From: a virus
Lineage: Duplodnaviria; Caudoviricetes
Virus record (IMG/VR): IMGVR_UViG_3300020201_000027
Location: 1 to 54,496 of that record
Reading direction: 5' to 3' (one strand)
Length of the DNA stretch: 54,496 bases
Positions 35,602-45,874 of the stretch are shown piece after piece. The translations under genes were made by a program, and so were the position numbers. A model generated the notes under the pieces. It saw nothing but the letters and a program-made list of their open reading frames with translations, was not told where the DNA came from and searched no databases. Each line of letters starts with the position of its first letter. The first letter of the stretch is position 1.

Positions 35602-36047
35602 GCAACAAGGGCAAAGCATTTGCTGTTGCTTTCTTGGAGACGATCTTTCGCAACCGCGCGGATACTGCGGGGTATGAGCTCATTCCGCCGAGCCCCGCAA
35701 TAAACACGCGCTATTTTGCGCTTCACACTGGAGCGCCAGACACTGCCATCAGCAATAGTCAAGTTCGACTTGAATGCGCATATACGGGATATACCAGAAT
35801 TGCTCTGGACGTATCAGCAGGCAACACAGATACCCAGGACAACGGGACAAATGTTGTCACCCTTAATGTGGACAAATTGTTTCCGCGATCAACAGGCGTG
35901 CCACAAGTTGCTACGCACTGGAGTCTTGGCACCGCGAGCAGCGGAGTGAGCAGGATCATGTATCAAGGGGCTCTGCCAGCTCCCATGAACATTGATCCTG
36001 GCGTTCAGCCAACAATCAAGGCCGGATCAACGTTGACGGAAACCTGA
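35598..36047 (+). CDS. Tail fibre-associated protein
   Basis: YFALHTGAP...E..YTGY.R...FP.......ATH..LG pattern. Confidence 0.6.
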   Translation: MSNKGKAFAVAFLETIFRNRADTAGYELIPPSPAINTRYFALHTGAPDTAISNSQVRLECAYTGYTRIALDVSAGNTDTQDNGTNVVTLNVDKLFPRSTGVPQVATHWSLGTASSGVSRIMYQGALPAPMNIDPGVQPTIKAGSTLTET

Positions 36048-36048
36048 C

Positions 36049-36306
36049 ATGCCAACTGTAATTCAGGGTCTGACAGTAGAGATTTACTATCCAAAATCTA
36101 TTGTCCAACAGGGCCTTATCGTCAGAGATTTGCTGCCAGTCTTCACAAGCGACAATGCGACGCTTTCTGCAACTGGTATCACAACAGCAGAATTCACCTT
36201 TGTGGCTGATGCTCTTGCTTCTGGTGAGATTTTTCGGCGCGATAAGCCAACCCAGGCCAAAAGATTGCTTCCTGTGCAGAGCAGGAGAAATTTTCCGCGA
36301 AGCTGA
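36049..36306 (+). CDS. Hypothetical protein
   Basis: ORF directly after 36047. Confidence 0.5.
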   Translation: MPTVIQGLTVEIYYPKSIVQQGLIVRDLLPVFTSDNATLSATGITTAEFTFVADALASGEIFRRDKPTQAKRLLPVQSRRNFPRS

Positions 36307-36385
36307 AGTTTGATAGTCATAACGAGGCAATAGACTGCCGCAGTATTTTCATATAGACTATTTTTGCTTTTCGCAGAGGGTTATC

Positions 36386-36670
36386 ATGTCCAGTTCTCAA
36401 GGTGGCGGCGCCCCTGGGTGGTCAATCAACAAAGCCATTCCAGTGGCATACATAGGTGCCATTTTCTTTCAAACCGTAGTGTTCCTGATAGTTGGAACTG
36501 CTTGGGTGACCCAAACCAATTTAAGGCTGGGCCGATTGGAGGAATTCATGGTGTCATCTGTGGCAATCCATGCACGTCTGGCAGTCATTGATAGTCGGCT
36601 GGCCACGCTTGATCGAATTGATAATGACCTGAGACAACTTATACTACGCAACCAAATTCCTCGCCAATAA
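36386..36670 (+). CDS. Membrane protein with coiled coil (possible lysis accessory)
   Basis: One TM helix followed by a heptad-like segment; last late gene. Confidence 0.6.
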   Translation: MSSSQGGGAPGWSINKAIPVAYIGAIFFQTVVFLIVGTAWVTQTNLRLGRLEEFMVSSVAIHARLAVIDSRLATLDRIDNDLRQLILRNQIPRQ

Positions 36671-36814
36671 CCCAGGCAGCAACCATCTTTTCGACGGTCT
36701 CAGACCTACCCTAGCTTAGACCCTCCCCTATCGACGTGCGCATCTTGCTAGGTCGTGGCGCAGGGGTGATTAGAAACGCTGCGATAGCCGGGCTGGCCCT
36801 AGTTCCTTTCACTG

Positions 36815-37058
36815 CTTGGCTACGCGGGCGCGCGCTCCCGCGCGCTAAGATGAGTCTACGGCTCGAAATAAATCGTTGGAACATTTTTTGTTCTTCGAAA
36901 ATAATTTTAAGGCGTAGACGTAGAATTCTGATCTGGAGCTCCTCTGTTAGTGAGAATTAGTGAAATATGTTGCGGGAAATTTGTGATTGGAAGTCCGGTG
37001 TTCTACAACAGGCGTTTTCGAGCCGTAGGGTCATCTTACGCGCGCGCGTATAGCCAAG
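36815..37058. repeat. Inverted-repeat-bounded element, copy 2
   Basis: IR TAAGATGAGTCTACGGCTCGAAA / TTTCGAGCCGTAGGGTCATCTTA; shares internal blocks with 6985-7372. Confidence 0.75.
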
Positions 37059-37136
37059 TTCAGCGAATAGGTGAAGGGGCTATATCTCCTCAGGTCCGCC
37101 CCGGCTATAATCGTCTTATCATAGAAAGGGCAAAAA

Positions 37137-38915
37137 ATGAAAGTGACTACATGGGGAAGTGACATGGCAATACAGGGGTTGCCGGAAAACCACTTTTACC
37201 ACGAAATAATCCGTAAGCTCGGCAAGCGTCGTTGGTTTCCATCCCAAAAGGTATGGGTTATGCCTGCTTGGCTATCCATAATGGAGGATGTGAAACGCTG
37301 GCTTCCTTCCTTGGTGTGGGACGACGACATCAACCAAATATACTACAAGGCAGCATCAGAAGAGCAACGCCGCCAAGAAATGGCAGTCGGCAACCATTCT
37401 GTTCCTGATGATGCCTTTGACGGAGTAAATTTCAAGACAGTCCCATACCAACATCAAAAGGTGGCTCTATATCTCGCGCGCGATCTACCTGAATTTGCAT
37501 ATCTCATGGATCAGGGGACTGGCAAGACCAAGACGATCATCGACGATGTTGCCCACAATTACCGGAATGGGCGCATCAATGCATTTCTGATCATCTCGCC
37601 AAATTCAGTTAAGACCAACTGGGTGGATTGTGATGAGAGCGAGAAGAACCCAGATCAAATCACAGTCCATATGCCAGATGATGTTCCGCTCATCAAGGCT
37701 TCATTTTTCTCAAATCCAAGCCAATCACAGCAAAAAGCCATTGACAGGTTGCTCAAGGCAATCAACCTTGAAAGCAAGACGCTGTTGATCCTCTCCATCA
37801 ATGTTGAGAGTTTATATTTGGAGCGTATGCAGAAGATGCTTCAAAATTTCTGTAATCGACGTGACGTTTTTTGTGCAATTGATGAGAGCACGCGCATCGG
37901 CAGACATTCTGCCAAGCGCAGCAAGGTCGCTCACAACCTGCGCAAAGTAACCAAAATCAGGCGCATTGCATCGGGAACCCCGGTTATCAAGTCCCCACTC
38001 AAGGCATACAGCCAGTTCTATTTCCTCAATCCAGACATTATGGGCAAGGCCACCTTCACAGAATTCCAGGCGAGATATGCCATTGTCAGAGGGCTATACA
38101 ACACGCCTGTGAGCTTTACAAATCTGGATGAGCTGAAGCAGAAGATAGCCGGGTGTAGCTACAGAGTGACCAAAGATCAATGTCTTGATCTACCGCCAAA
38201 AGTATATCAGAAGCGGCTCATACCGTTGACTCCTGAGCAGAACCGCCTATATCAGCAAATGCGCAAAGATGCAATTGTTGCAATTCAAAAGACAGAGCGC
38301 GTCGTTGATGGCCACGTCTTTATTGAGGCAACAAATGTCATGGTCCAGATGCTTAGGCTACAGCAAATTGTTGCTGGTTATCTTCCACAGATTGATGAAT
38401 TGACCGGAAAGCAATCCGGCGTAATCAAAATTGGGAACTCCACACCTCCAAAAATTGAGGAAACCATAAATTTGATGGAGACGTGCGAGGATGAAAAAGT
38501 CATCATCTGGTGCAAATTCAAATTTGAAGTCCGTGAGATGTGCCAGGCTCTGAAAGATGCTGGCATTACATACGTCAAGTTTGATGGGGATACCACAGAA
38601 CAGGAGCGAATACACGCCCGGCAATCCTTCCAATCTGATCCTGAGCTTAGATGCTTTGTTGGTCAAATTCAAACTGGTGGGATCGGTCTCAATCTGTATG
38701 CAGCCAGCCAAGTTGTATATCTGTCCAACCCATTCTCAACAGAGGATAGGGTCCAATCAGAGGACAGGGCCCATCGCATTGGGCAAACTCGGTCTGTGAC
38801 ATACACAGACTTGATATCGCCAAAAACTATTGATGAGCGCGTTCTGGATGTGCTTCGAGCAAACAAGCGCGTATCTGAAATGGTGCTCGGTGATACATAC
38901 CAGGAATGGATTTGA
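37137..38915 (+). CDS. SNF2-family (SF2) helicase
   Basis: MDQGTGKT, IDES, SGTP, GGIGLNL, QSEDRAHRIGQ. Confidence 0.92.
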   Translation: MKVTTWGSDMAIQGLPENHFYHEIIRKLGKRRWFPSQKVWVMPAWLSIMEDVKRWLPSLVWDDDINQIYYKAASEEQRRQEMAVGNHSVPDDAFDGVNFKTVPYQHQKVALYLARDLPEFAYLMDQGTGKTKTIIDDVAHNYRNGRINAFLIISPNSVKTNWVDCDESEKNPDQITVHMPDDVPLIKASFFSNPSQSQQKAIDRLLKAINLESKTLLILSINVESLYLERMQKMLQNFCNRRDVFCAIDESTRIGRHSAKRSKVAHNLRKVTKIRRIASGTPVIKSPLKAYSQFYFLNPDIMGKATFTEFQARYAIVRGLYNTPVSFTNLDELKQKIAGCSYRVTKDQCLDLPPKVYQKRLIPLTPEQNRLYQQMRKDAIVAIQKTERVVDGHVFIEATNVMVQMLRLQQIVAGYLPQIDELTGKQSGVIKIGNSTPPKIEETINLMETCEDEKVIIWCKFKFEVREMCQALKDAGITYVKFDGDTTEQERIHARQSFQSDPELRCFVGQIQTGGIGLNLYAASQVVYLSNPFSTEDRVQSEDRAHRIGQTRSVTYTDLISPKTIDERVLDVLRANKRVSEMVLGDTYQEWI

Positions 38916-38985
38916 AACTTCATCTTTTCTCAATAGCGTCCCAATTATAGTCGGGCTAGTCTACTTGAGAGGAAAAGGGCACCCA

Positions 38986-39411
38986 ATGAGTGAAACTGCT
39001 AAAGATACCGTTGTCGGCAAAGCGAAAAGAATGCGCTGGCTGATGGATGAAAAGGACCGCCTGGAGGCAAGTCTGAAGACGGTAAATGGAGAATTAGAAC
39101 CTCTCCGCAAGTTTGAGCTCCCCAAGTTAATGAGTGACGCCGAGATCGAGAAGATCACGGTGGCCGGGGCTGGGACGCTCTACACCAAGCCTGATGTCTT
39201 TGCGTCGATGATCAAAGATGAAAGTGACCCTTCGGCAGAGGCACCATTCTATGATTGGGCCAGGAATAATGCCCCTGATCTCATCACACCATACATCCAC
39301 CCAGCAAGGCTCAAGTCTTGGGCCAAGGAGAAACTTGAAAGCGGCAATCCCTTGCCAAATTCACTCCATGCGACCATCGTGATCAATGCAACACTTCTGA
39401 GGAAAGGTTAA
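38986..39411 (+). CDS. Conserved phage replication-module protein
   Basis: Coiled-coil N-terminus, LPKLM...IHPARLKSWAKE pattern. Confidence 0.65.
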   Translation: MSETAKDTVVGKAKRMRWLMDEKDRLEASLKTVNGELEPLRKFELPKLMSDAEIEKITVAGAGTLYTKPDVFASMIKDESDPSAEAPFYDWARNNAPDLITPYIHPARLKSWAKEKLESGNPLPNSLHATIVINATLLRKG

Positions 39412-39418
39412 CGCTACC

Positions 39419-40303
39419 ATGGCCAAAAACGCACAAGTTGCCGCTGCTGATACTGGGACGGCTGTTGCTGTCCAGATTGGCGGGGGCGCAGTGGCTCTGC
39501 CTGATTATCTCTCTGGATATTCTGGCCCAACCGGCACAGAAAACATCGACAGCGGTGACGTCAATATCCCTCGACTCAAGCTTGCCCAGGGGTTGACGCC
39601 TGAGGTCAAGGACGGCCTGGTGAAAGACGGAGACATGTTCCACTCCATCACCAAGCAGGTTCTGATTGAGAAGGGGAAGGCTGGCATCGTCATCCCAATT
39701 GCCTACGTGAAGGAATACATCCTGTGGCGTGACATGGCAGACGGCGGCGGCATCTTTGCTCGTGCCCGTCGTGTCATGGAGAAAGGCGAGGTCCGATATA
39801 AATGGGACCACCCAAATGAGACCTTCGAGCACAAGGTGAAGGGCGTCGTCAAGGTCAAATGGAGCACCAAAGGCTACATTGACGAAGATGGCCTGGACAA
39901 GTTCGGATCATCTGTTGCTTCAGAGCCAGACAGCGTGCCTGCTGCCAATGAGCATCTCAATTACATCTTCCTGATGCCCGATGCTGACGAGCAACTGGTG
40001 GCAGTGTCATTTTCTCGCACTGCAGCCTCCAAGGCCAAGGACTTGAACGCAATGCTCAAGATGGGTGTTGCGCCAATGTTCGCGCGCCAGTTCACCCTGG
40101 CAGCAATGCCACAGACCAATGACGCTGGTCAGGAGTTCTACAACTACATCATCCGTCCTGCTGGATTTGTCCCTGGTGCGGGCATGTTCAAGCGGGCACA
40201 GGCCCTCCATCTGGAGATGCGCGATAAAGTCCAGGTGGACTTCTCGGATGAGACCAAGGCCAGCTCTGGCGATGGCAACAAAGAAGAAAAAGGACAATGG
40301 TAA
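39419..40303 (+). CDS. Putative single-stranded DNA-binding protein
   Basis: G.EN....D..IPRLKLAQ..TPE, EYILW.D...GGG, charged flexible tail; position. Confidence 0.6.
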   Translation: MAKNAQVAAADTGTAVAVQIGGGAVALPDYLSGYSGPTGTENIDSGDVNIPRLKLAQGLTPEVKDGLVKDGDMFHSITKQVLIEKGKAGIVIPIAYVKEYILWRDMADGGGIFARARRVMEKGEVRYKWDHPNETFEHKVKGVVKVKWSTKGYIDEDGLDKFGSSVASEPDSVPAANEHLNYIFLMPDADEQLVAVSFSRTAASKAKDLNAMLKMGVAPMFARQFTLAAMPQTNDAGQEFYNYIIRPAGFVPGAGMFKRAQALHLEMRDKVQVDFSDETKASSGDGNKEEKGQW

Positions 40304-40306
40304 GAA

Positions 40307-41785
40307 ATGTGGTTCCAGCAACTCTTTGCTGGTAACCCAAATGCATACGGCCTCTACTCCTCCACTGCAATTCGTGAGAAAGACGGAAAGCACAAGGGAG
40401 TAGGCAGGACAGTAATTGCTCCGCTCCACGACAATTTGTGGGCGGAGCACTTGTCTGGAGTCACACGACTTGGGATAATACCCATTCGTCTTGACGGGAC
40501 GGTGCGATGGTTCGCTGGCGACGTTGACGATTACAGCATCGACCTTGCCAAACTAGAGCAAAAAGTTCAGAAAGAGGAACTGCCTCTAGTCGTCATCAGA
40601 TCAAAGTCGGGCGGCGCACATCTGTTTTGCTTTCTGACGGAGGATATTGCTGCGTCTGAGGCCATTGCTCTGATGAGGGCCTGGGTGGCAAAGCTGGGTC
40701 TTGCAAAAGTTGAAATCTTCCCAAAGCAAAACTCGCTTGAGTCAGATGGCATCGGGAATTGGATCCACATACCATACTTCAACGTAAGCAGTCCAGATTC
40801 ATGGGCCGTTGGATTGAGCGGCGAGGCTCTAGACCTTGATCAATTCAGGCAGATGACTCAAGCCCGGTCAGCGAGCCGGGCCGACCTCAAGATAAAGTCC
40901 AAGCCAAAAGGCAAATTCGATGGGCCTCCATGCATCGAGAAAATGTTTGCTGATGGCATAAGCATAGGAGGCCGCAACAACTCTCTGACGCACATCAGCG
41001 TAATGCTTAGAATGAGCAACCCTGATGATGGGTGGGAGAGAATTCAAGAGATCAACGAAAATCACGTTGATCCGCCGGTTCCTGAGGAAGACCTCAGAGT
41101 TGTGTTCCTAAATGGCCAAAAGACCAACTATCAATATATGTGCACCACAGAGCCTATGTGCTCTCTGTGCGATAAGGATTTATGCACAACCAGAAAATGG
41201 GGAGTTGGGCCGCAGCGAGGCATAGAATATGGGGATGCTGCAATAGACCGGATCATAAAAATCAAGACTGATCCTCCCATATACTATGTCACATTCAAGG
41301 GACAGGTCGTCAAAATGGCATCAATGGAGCTTCTGAGCCCGGCAAAATTCCGAACCAGGGTGTATGAAATCACTGGAGAGCTAATTGCTGTCCAAAAGCC
41401 TAGAGCCCACGAAGCAATGATCTTGGCATCCAAGACTGATGAGGAGGAAGCCCCAGAGGAGGTAAGTGAAGATGGGCAGATTTTTGACCTATTCAAAGAG
41501 TGGTGTGAGATCAATGTTCCGCATGCCACATCAAAAGCGCACATCCTCCGTAGTTCTCCATTTTATGATCAAAACTACCAATCAGTTTCGTTCAAGGGTG
41601 AAGCCTTCATATCATTCATATCCAGGAAAAGGCGCCAGGGCTTTCCAGACAACACAGTATGGGCAGCGCTCAGGAAAGCAGGGTGCGAAAACCACAATAT
41701 TCTGATCGATGGAAAGCAAATAAGGGTTTGGGTTTTCAAAGTTGAAGAGCCCTGGTTCAATTTGCCATCTCAGGAGCAATTCTAG
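40307..41785 (+). CDS. Primase (AEP-like with PriCT-type domain)
   Basis: HLSG...LGIIP, GDVDDY, RSKSGGAHLF, GNWIHIPY, PPCI...GGRNN, Cys cluster. Confidence 0.82.
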   Translation: MWFQQLFAGNPNAYGLYSSTAIREKDGKHKGVGRTVIAPLHDNLWAEHLSGVTRLGIIPIRLDGTVRWFAGDVDDYSIDLAKLEQKVQKEELPLVVIRSKSGGAHLFCFLTEDIAASEAIALMRAWVAKLGLAKVEIFPKQNSLESDGIGNWIHIPYFNVSSPDSWAVGLSGEALDLDQFRQMTQARSASRADLKIKSKPKGKFDGPPCIEKMFADGISIGGRNNSLTHISVMLRMSNPDDGWERIQEINENHVDPPVPEEDLRVVFLNGQKTNYQYMCTTEPMCSLCDKDLCTTRKWGVGPQRGIEYGDAAIDRIIKIKTDPPIYYVTFKGQVVKMASMELLSPAKFRTRVYEITGELIAVQKPRAHEAMILASKTDEEEAPEEVSEDGQIFDLFKEWCEINVPHATSKAHILRSSPFYDQNYQSVSFKGEAFISFISRKRRQGFPDNTVWAALRKAGCENHNILIDGKQIRVWVFKVEEPWFNLPSQEQF

Positions 41786-43347
41786 TGGCTGCACACATTA
41801 CCAAGATATTTGGGCCTCCTGGGACGGGAAAAACCACCTGGCTGCTAAACAAACTTGAGGAAGTTATCAATTCAGGAGTGGATGTGGCCCGGATTGCATA
41901 TTTGACTTTCTCAGTTTCTGCTCGCGAGGAAGCCACGAACCGCGCCGTATCACGGCTACAGCACATCAATCCTGAAAAATTCAAATACTTCAAGACCATC
42001 CACGGCATCTGCTTCAGCGAGTTGGAACTTGGCCGCGGACATGTCATGCAAACTGATGACTATTTGGAATTTGCGAAGTTTTGCGGCATCCAATTTTCTA
42101 GTGACTATGCTGATGACTTGGATGCCAGCGGCTCCCCAAGGGGGTGGTCATCGTCTCTGGGGAGCCAATATCTGAATGTTCGCCAGCTTGCGGCAGCAAC
42201 AATGCTTGATGCAAACAGCAACAAATTTTTTGAAGAATATTGGCCAGCAGACCTGTCAGTTGAAATATACCAATATGTGATGGCCAAGTATAGAGAATTC
42301 AAAATGGAGAAGATCAAGTTTGATTTCGTGGATATGCTTGAAATGTATCTGCGAACTGGCGAACCTCTGCCTGTCTCTCATATTTTCGTGGACGAGGCCC
42401 AGGACTTGTCAGAGATTCAATGGCAATTGATCAAATTATTATCAGCCAAATCGAAATATCTCTATCTTGCTGGTGATGATGACCAGGCAATATATTCTTT
42501 CATCGGAGCTTCGCAGTATGGTTTTCTTGATCACCGAGCGGATGAAACCGTCATCCTAAGTCGATCCTATCGGCTGCCATCAGTTATTTGGAAATTTGCC
42601 AACGGGATCATTCAGCAGGTCGGCAGACGACAGAATAAGGAGATTGACACAAGAGGCGATGGCGGCACTATCAACTGGTGGGGAATGGGAGCATCAGAGC
42701 TTATTGACCGCATCACCCTTGAGGATGTTCTCATCATCTGCCCGACCAACCTGCAACTATCTGGCATACAGGCCAGGCTACATGATCGCGGCATAAGCCA
42801 CACATACAAGGGATTGTCGGTATCAGAATATGCCATAACGGAGTCATTCTATTGGTATCACAAGGCCAGGAAAGACGTTAGCATTCCAATTAACGCAGCA
42901 GCCAAAATCCTGCGCATTCTCAAGTTGGAGGGCTCCAAGGCAATGGCAGATCAGGCCCGGCTAACCCCTGATGATACAATTGGCAAGCCAGAGCTAACTA
43001 ATCTGGGCGTGTTGTGGATGGCCGGGCGGGAAAGCTGCGATTATGTGTCAAATAGAAAAAAGCACAGTCGCATAAACCATCAATCCTTCGACATTGCGCT
43101 CAAGTCTCAGAACATTGAAAATATGATCCAAAAACCGAGGGTGAGATTGACTACCTACCACGGAAGCAAGGGTCTTGAGGCAAAACGGGTTGTCCTCGTA
43201 ACAGATTGTTCAAAGCCAGCTGTAGACTACGCAGACCGAAACCCCGATTATGAGCGTAGGCTCGCATACGTTGGGGTGACTAGAGCTAAAGAAGAAGTGC
43301 ACATAAGCCGACCACAAACCAACGATTACATGAAGGCATACAGATGA
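41785..43347 (+). CDS. UvrD/Rep-like SF1 helicase
   Basis: GPPGTGKTT, VDEAQD, GDDDQAIY, SYR, TYHGSKGLE, YVGVTRAK. Confidence 0.93.
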   Translation: MAAHITKIFGPPGTGKTTWLLNKLEEVINSGVDVARIAYLTFSVSAREEATNRAVSRLQHINPEKFKYFKTIHGICFSELELGRGHVMQTDDYLEFAKFCGIQFSSDYADDLDASGSPRGWSSSLGSQYLNVRQLAAATMLDANSNKFFEEYWPADLSVEIYQYVMAKYREFKMEKIKFDFVDMLEMYLRTGEPLPVSHIFVDEAQDLSEIQWQLIKLLSAKSKYLYLAGDDDQAIYSFIGASQYGFLDHRADETVILSRSYRLPSVIWKFANGIIQQVGRRQNKEIDTRGDGGTINWWGMGASELIDRITLEDVLIICPTNLQLSGIQARLHDRGISHTYKGLSVSEYAITESFYWYHKARKDVSIPINAAAKILRILKLEGSKAMADQARLTPDDTIGKPELTNLGVLWMAGRESCDYVSNRKKHSRINHQSFDIALKSQNIENMIQKPRVRLTTYHGSKGLEAKRVVLVTDCSKPAVDYADRNPDYERRLAYVGVTRAKEEVHISRPQTNDYMKAYR

Positions 43348-44291
43348 TCATAATTGGCGCCGGAATGTCAGGTCTCATTGCAGGGCACTACTTCCGTGCT
43401 CGCCGTCCAATGATTGTTGAGCAGCAGGGTGAGCTGCCTAATAATCATGAGGCTCTGCTGCGGTTTCGATCAACGGAGGTCTCCAAAACAACCGGAATCA
43501 ACTTCCGTAAGATGCGCGTTCGCAAGAGCATCATGTTCAAGGGAGCCTATGCTGACAAGGCCAATCCGTTCCTGGCCAATATGTATTCATTCAAGGTGAC
43601 CGGGCAGGTAGTTGGTCGATCCATCTGGGACATGGAGGATGCAGACCGTTATATTGCGCCTCCTGATTTCATTTCGCAGGCAGCCGCAGGTCTTTCCATC
43701 CTATATGGGAAAAATTTCGATTATCGAGAGATTGCATCACGGACTGAAATCCCCTTGATCTCGACAATTCCAATGCCAGCGATGATGCGTCTTGTGGGAT
43801 GGCCGAATGTGCCCAAATTCAACTATCAGAGCATTTGGTCGGCTCAGCTTGAGTTCCAAAGTCCTGGCGTTGATGTGGCCCAGACCATTTACTACCCTGA
43901 TCTTGAGGCGGAATACTATCGCGCCTCTATCAGCGGCAAAAAGATGATCATCGAGTTCATGACTGAGCCGACTGGAGAAGATGGTCTGGCCAAGATCATC
44001 GAAAGCATTTGCATGGACTTTGGAATTCCTGATCCACAATTTGTTGGGCGTCCCACCTTCAAAAGTCATCGCTACGGCAAAATCATCGGCATTGACGAGG
44101 ATCACCGTAAGGATTTCATGTATCATCTGACCAGGGACCACAACATTTATTCCCTGGGAAGGTTTGCAACGTGGCGGCAAATTCTTTTGGATGATGTCGT
44201 CAATGACTGCTCGGTCATCGGGAAGATGATTAGCGCAGAAGACAGTCGCAGTCTATACAATCAACGACTACACCAGGCGAGGGCAAGCTAA
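43344..44291 (+). CDS. FAD/NAD-dependent oxidoreductase
   Basis: IIIGAGMSGL Rossmann motif, ISTIPMP, C-terminal IYSLGRFATW. Confidence 0.8.
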   Translation: MIIIGAGMSGLIAGHYFRARRPMIVEQQGELPNNHEALLRFRSTEVSKTTGINFRKMRVRKSIMFKGAYADKANPFLANMYSFKVTGQVVGRSIWDMEDADRYIAPPDFISQAAAGLSILYGKNFDYREIASRTEIPLISTIPMPAMMRLVGWPNVPKFNYQSIWSAQLEFQSPGVDVAQTIYYPDLEAEYYRASISGKKMIIEFMTEPTGEDGLAKIIESICMDFGIPDPQFVGRPTFKSHRYGKIIGIDEDHRKDFMYHLTRDHNIYSLGRFATWRQILLDDVVNDCSVIGKMISAEDSRSLYNQRLHQARAS

Positions 44292-44710
44292 TGTCGCTTA
44301 TGACAATCGGCGGATACACCAAGAAAGAGATAACCGGGGCGGTCGAGATACTGAGGGACCAGGCAAAGCTGAGTCGCCATCAAGAGGCTGTGGCGAGGCG
44401 CAAATGTGCTGTGGCAGACAGTAAGCAGCGCCAGCAGAAGAGGAGGTCTGCCTCTCCCATCCAGGCCATCGCTGTTGATTTCTGGCGCCAATATGGTCTA
44501 GCCAAGCAGGCCATTATCATTTCGTGCGGGCCAAATTGGCATCTGCATAAGAATGAATATCGCTGGGCAACTGTCCCCAAGAAATACACCTTCATCAAGG
44601 GCAAATCGGTGGCAAGGCACAGCATGCCTTCTGACATCAAGGTGCCGCACGCCAAATACTGGTCAGAGGAGCGCATCCCCCCGGTCGGACTGATATTTGC
44701 GATAAGATAA
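44291..44710 (+). CDS. Hypothetical basic protein
   Basis: TAATG coupling to the oxidoreductase gene. Confidence 0.55.
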   Translation: MSLMTIGGYTKKEITGAVEILRDQAKLSRHQEAVARRKCAVADSKQRQQKRRSASPIQAIAVDFWRQYGLAKQAIIISCGPNWHLHKNEYRWATVPKKYTFIKGKSVARHSMPSDIKVPHAKYWSEERIPPVGLIFAIR

Positions 44711-44873
44711 TATCCAATCAGCGCCGTATCACGAACCTAGCCGTAGATAGGGACAGCGACCGATCTCTAACTGCGTGCTAGGGGGCTTGCTGCAGCCCCT
44801 ATTTCGTTGAAATGGGGGTTTGTGAAGGTAATCTTCTCGTCTATACTCGTTATCCTTACCATGGAGGAATAAA

Positions 44874-45653
44874 GTGCAGGTTTCGCTCGTCTCTTACACC
44901 CAAAATGCCGTGGAGTTGCTCATCTTCACCAAGGCTACTCGTCTCAAGATGAGCCCTGCCTTGCTGACGGAAATCACCGCGATGACTCCTGAGCAGAAGC
45001 AGGCTGAGCTGGACTATATGCGCGGAACGATCCAGTCCAGCTGGGAGTTCGTGGACTTTGTGTTTTTGCTCGAAGGCGTTAGCCGGGCCTTCACGCACCA
45101 ACTGGTTCGCCACCGCCACAACTCCTATGCCCAGCAGGCCCAACGCGCAGTGGACATGACTGGCTTCGATTATGTGACCGGGCCGAGCATTGAACGCGAC
45201 GAAAGCAACAAGATCGTCTATGATGATGCAATGGCAGATATCAGCGAAATATATCAAACCCTTATTGCTATGGGGGCAAACAAGCAAGATGCCCGCGGCG
45301 TGCTTCCCACCAACATCTCGACCAACATCATTGTCAAAGCCAATCTGCGCTCGCTGCATGACATGGCGCTCAAGCGTCTGTGCGTGAAGGCTCAGGGCGA
45401 GGCACAAGATGTGTTCCGTGCCATGGTGGCTGAGGTGCTGAAGGTATATCCGCAGTTCAAGGACTGGCTCAAGGTTTGGTGCGCCACCTATGGCACCTGC
45501 TGCTTCCCCACCTTCCCTGTGGCTGACTGCCCGGTCAAGACAGTTGTGTATGACCCGGTGACCCAGCAAGCATATGGCGGTGGCAAACCCGGCCCACTAT
45601 CAATGATCGAATTTATCCACGGCCAAAGGCGTGCAGAGGCGCAGCCTGGGTGA
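44874..45653 (+). CDS. thyX: Flavin-dependent thymidylate synthase-like protein (atypical motif)
   Basis: GVSRAFTHQLVRHR...QDARGVLP...ANLRSL...R.C..AQ.E; GGAGG RBS. Confidence 0.85.
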   Translation: MQVSLVSYTQNAVELLIFTKATRLKMSPALLTEITAMTPEQKQAELDYMRGTIQSSWEFVDFVFLLEGVSRAFTHQLVRHRHNSYAQQAQRAVDMTGFDYVTGPSIERDESNKIVYDDAMADISEIYQTLIAMGANKQDARGVLPTNISTNIIVKANLRSLHDMALKRLCVKAQGEAQDVFRAMVAEVLKVYPQFKDWLKVWCATYGTCCFPTFPVADCPVKTVVYDPVTQQAYGGGKPGPLSMIEFIHGQRRAEAQPG

Positions 45654-45874
45654 AGGCTGGCCCTTTCATCGATACACAGCGCGTGCTGCGGAAGGTGCTT
45701 ATTGAAGGGCATCCAACGCGGCGCGCAGAGGTGTGGGAAGATTGGGTTGAATTCTGGCCTATAAGCGCCAAAGAGCTAGGCCAACACACCTGGGCGTCCA
45801 GGCTTCTTGGATGGGAGACGAAAGATGGCAAGGAAAGAGCTCATGGAACAACTTTTGTTTCTAGCGGGAGTTGA
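45650..45874 (+). CDS. Hypothetical protein
   Basis: GTGA overlap with the thyX stop. Confidence 0.4.
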   Translation: MKAGPFIDTQRVLRKVLIEGHPTRRAEVWEDWVEFWPISAKELGQHTWASRLLGWETKDGKERAHGTTFVSSGS

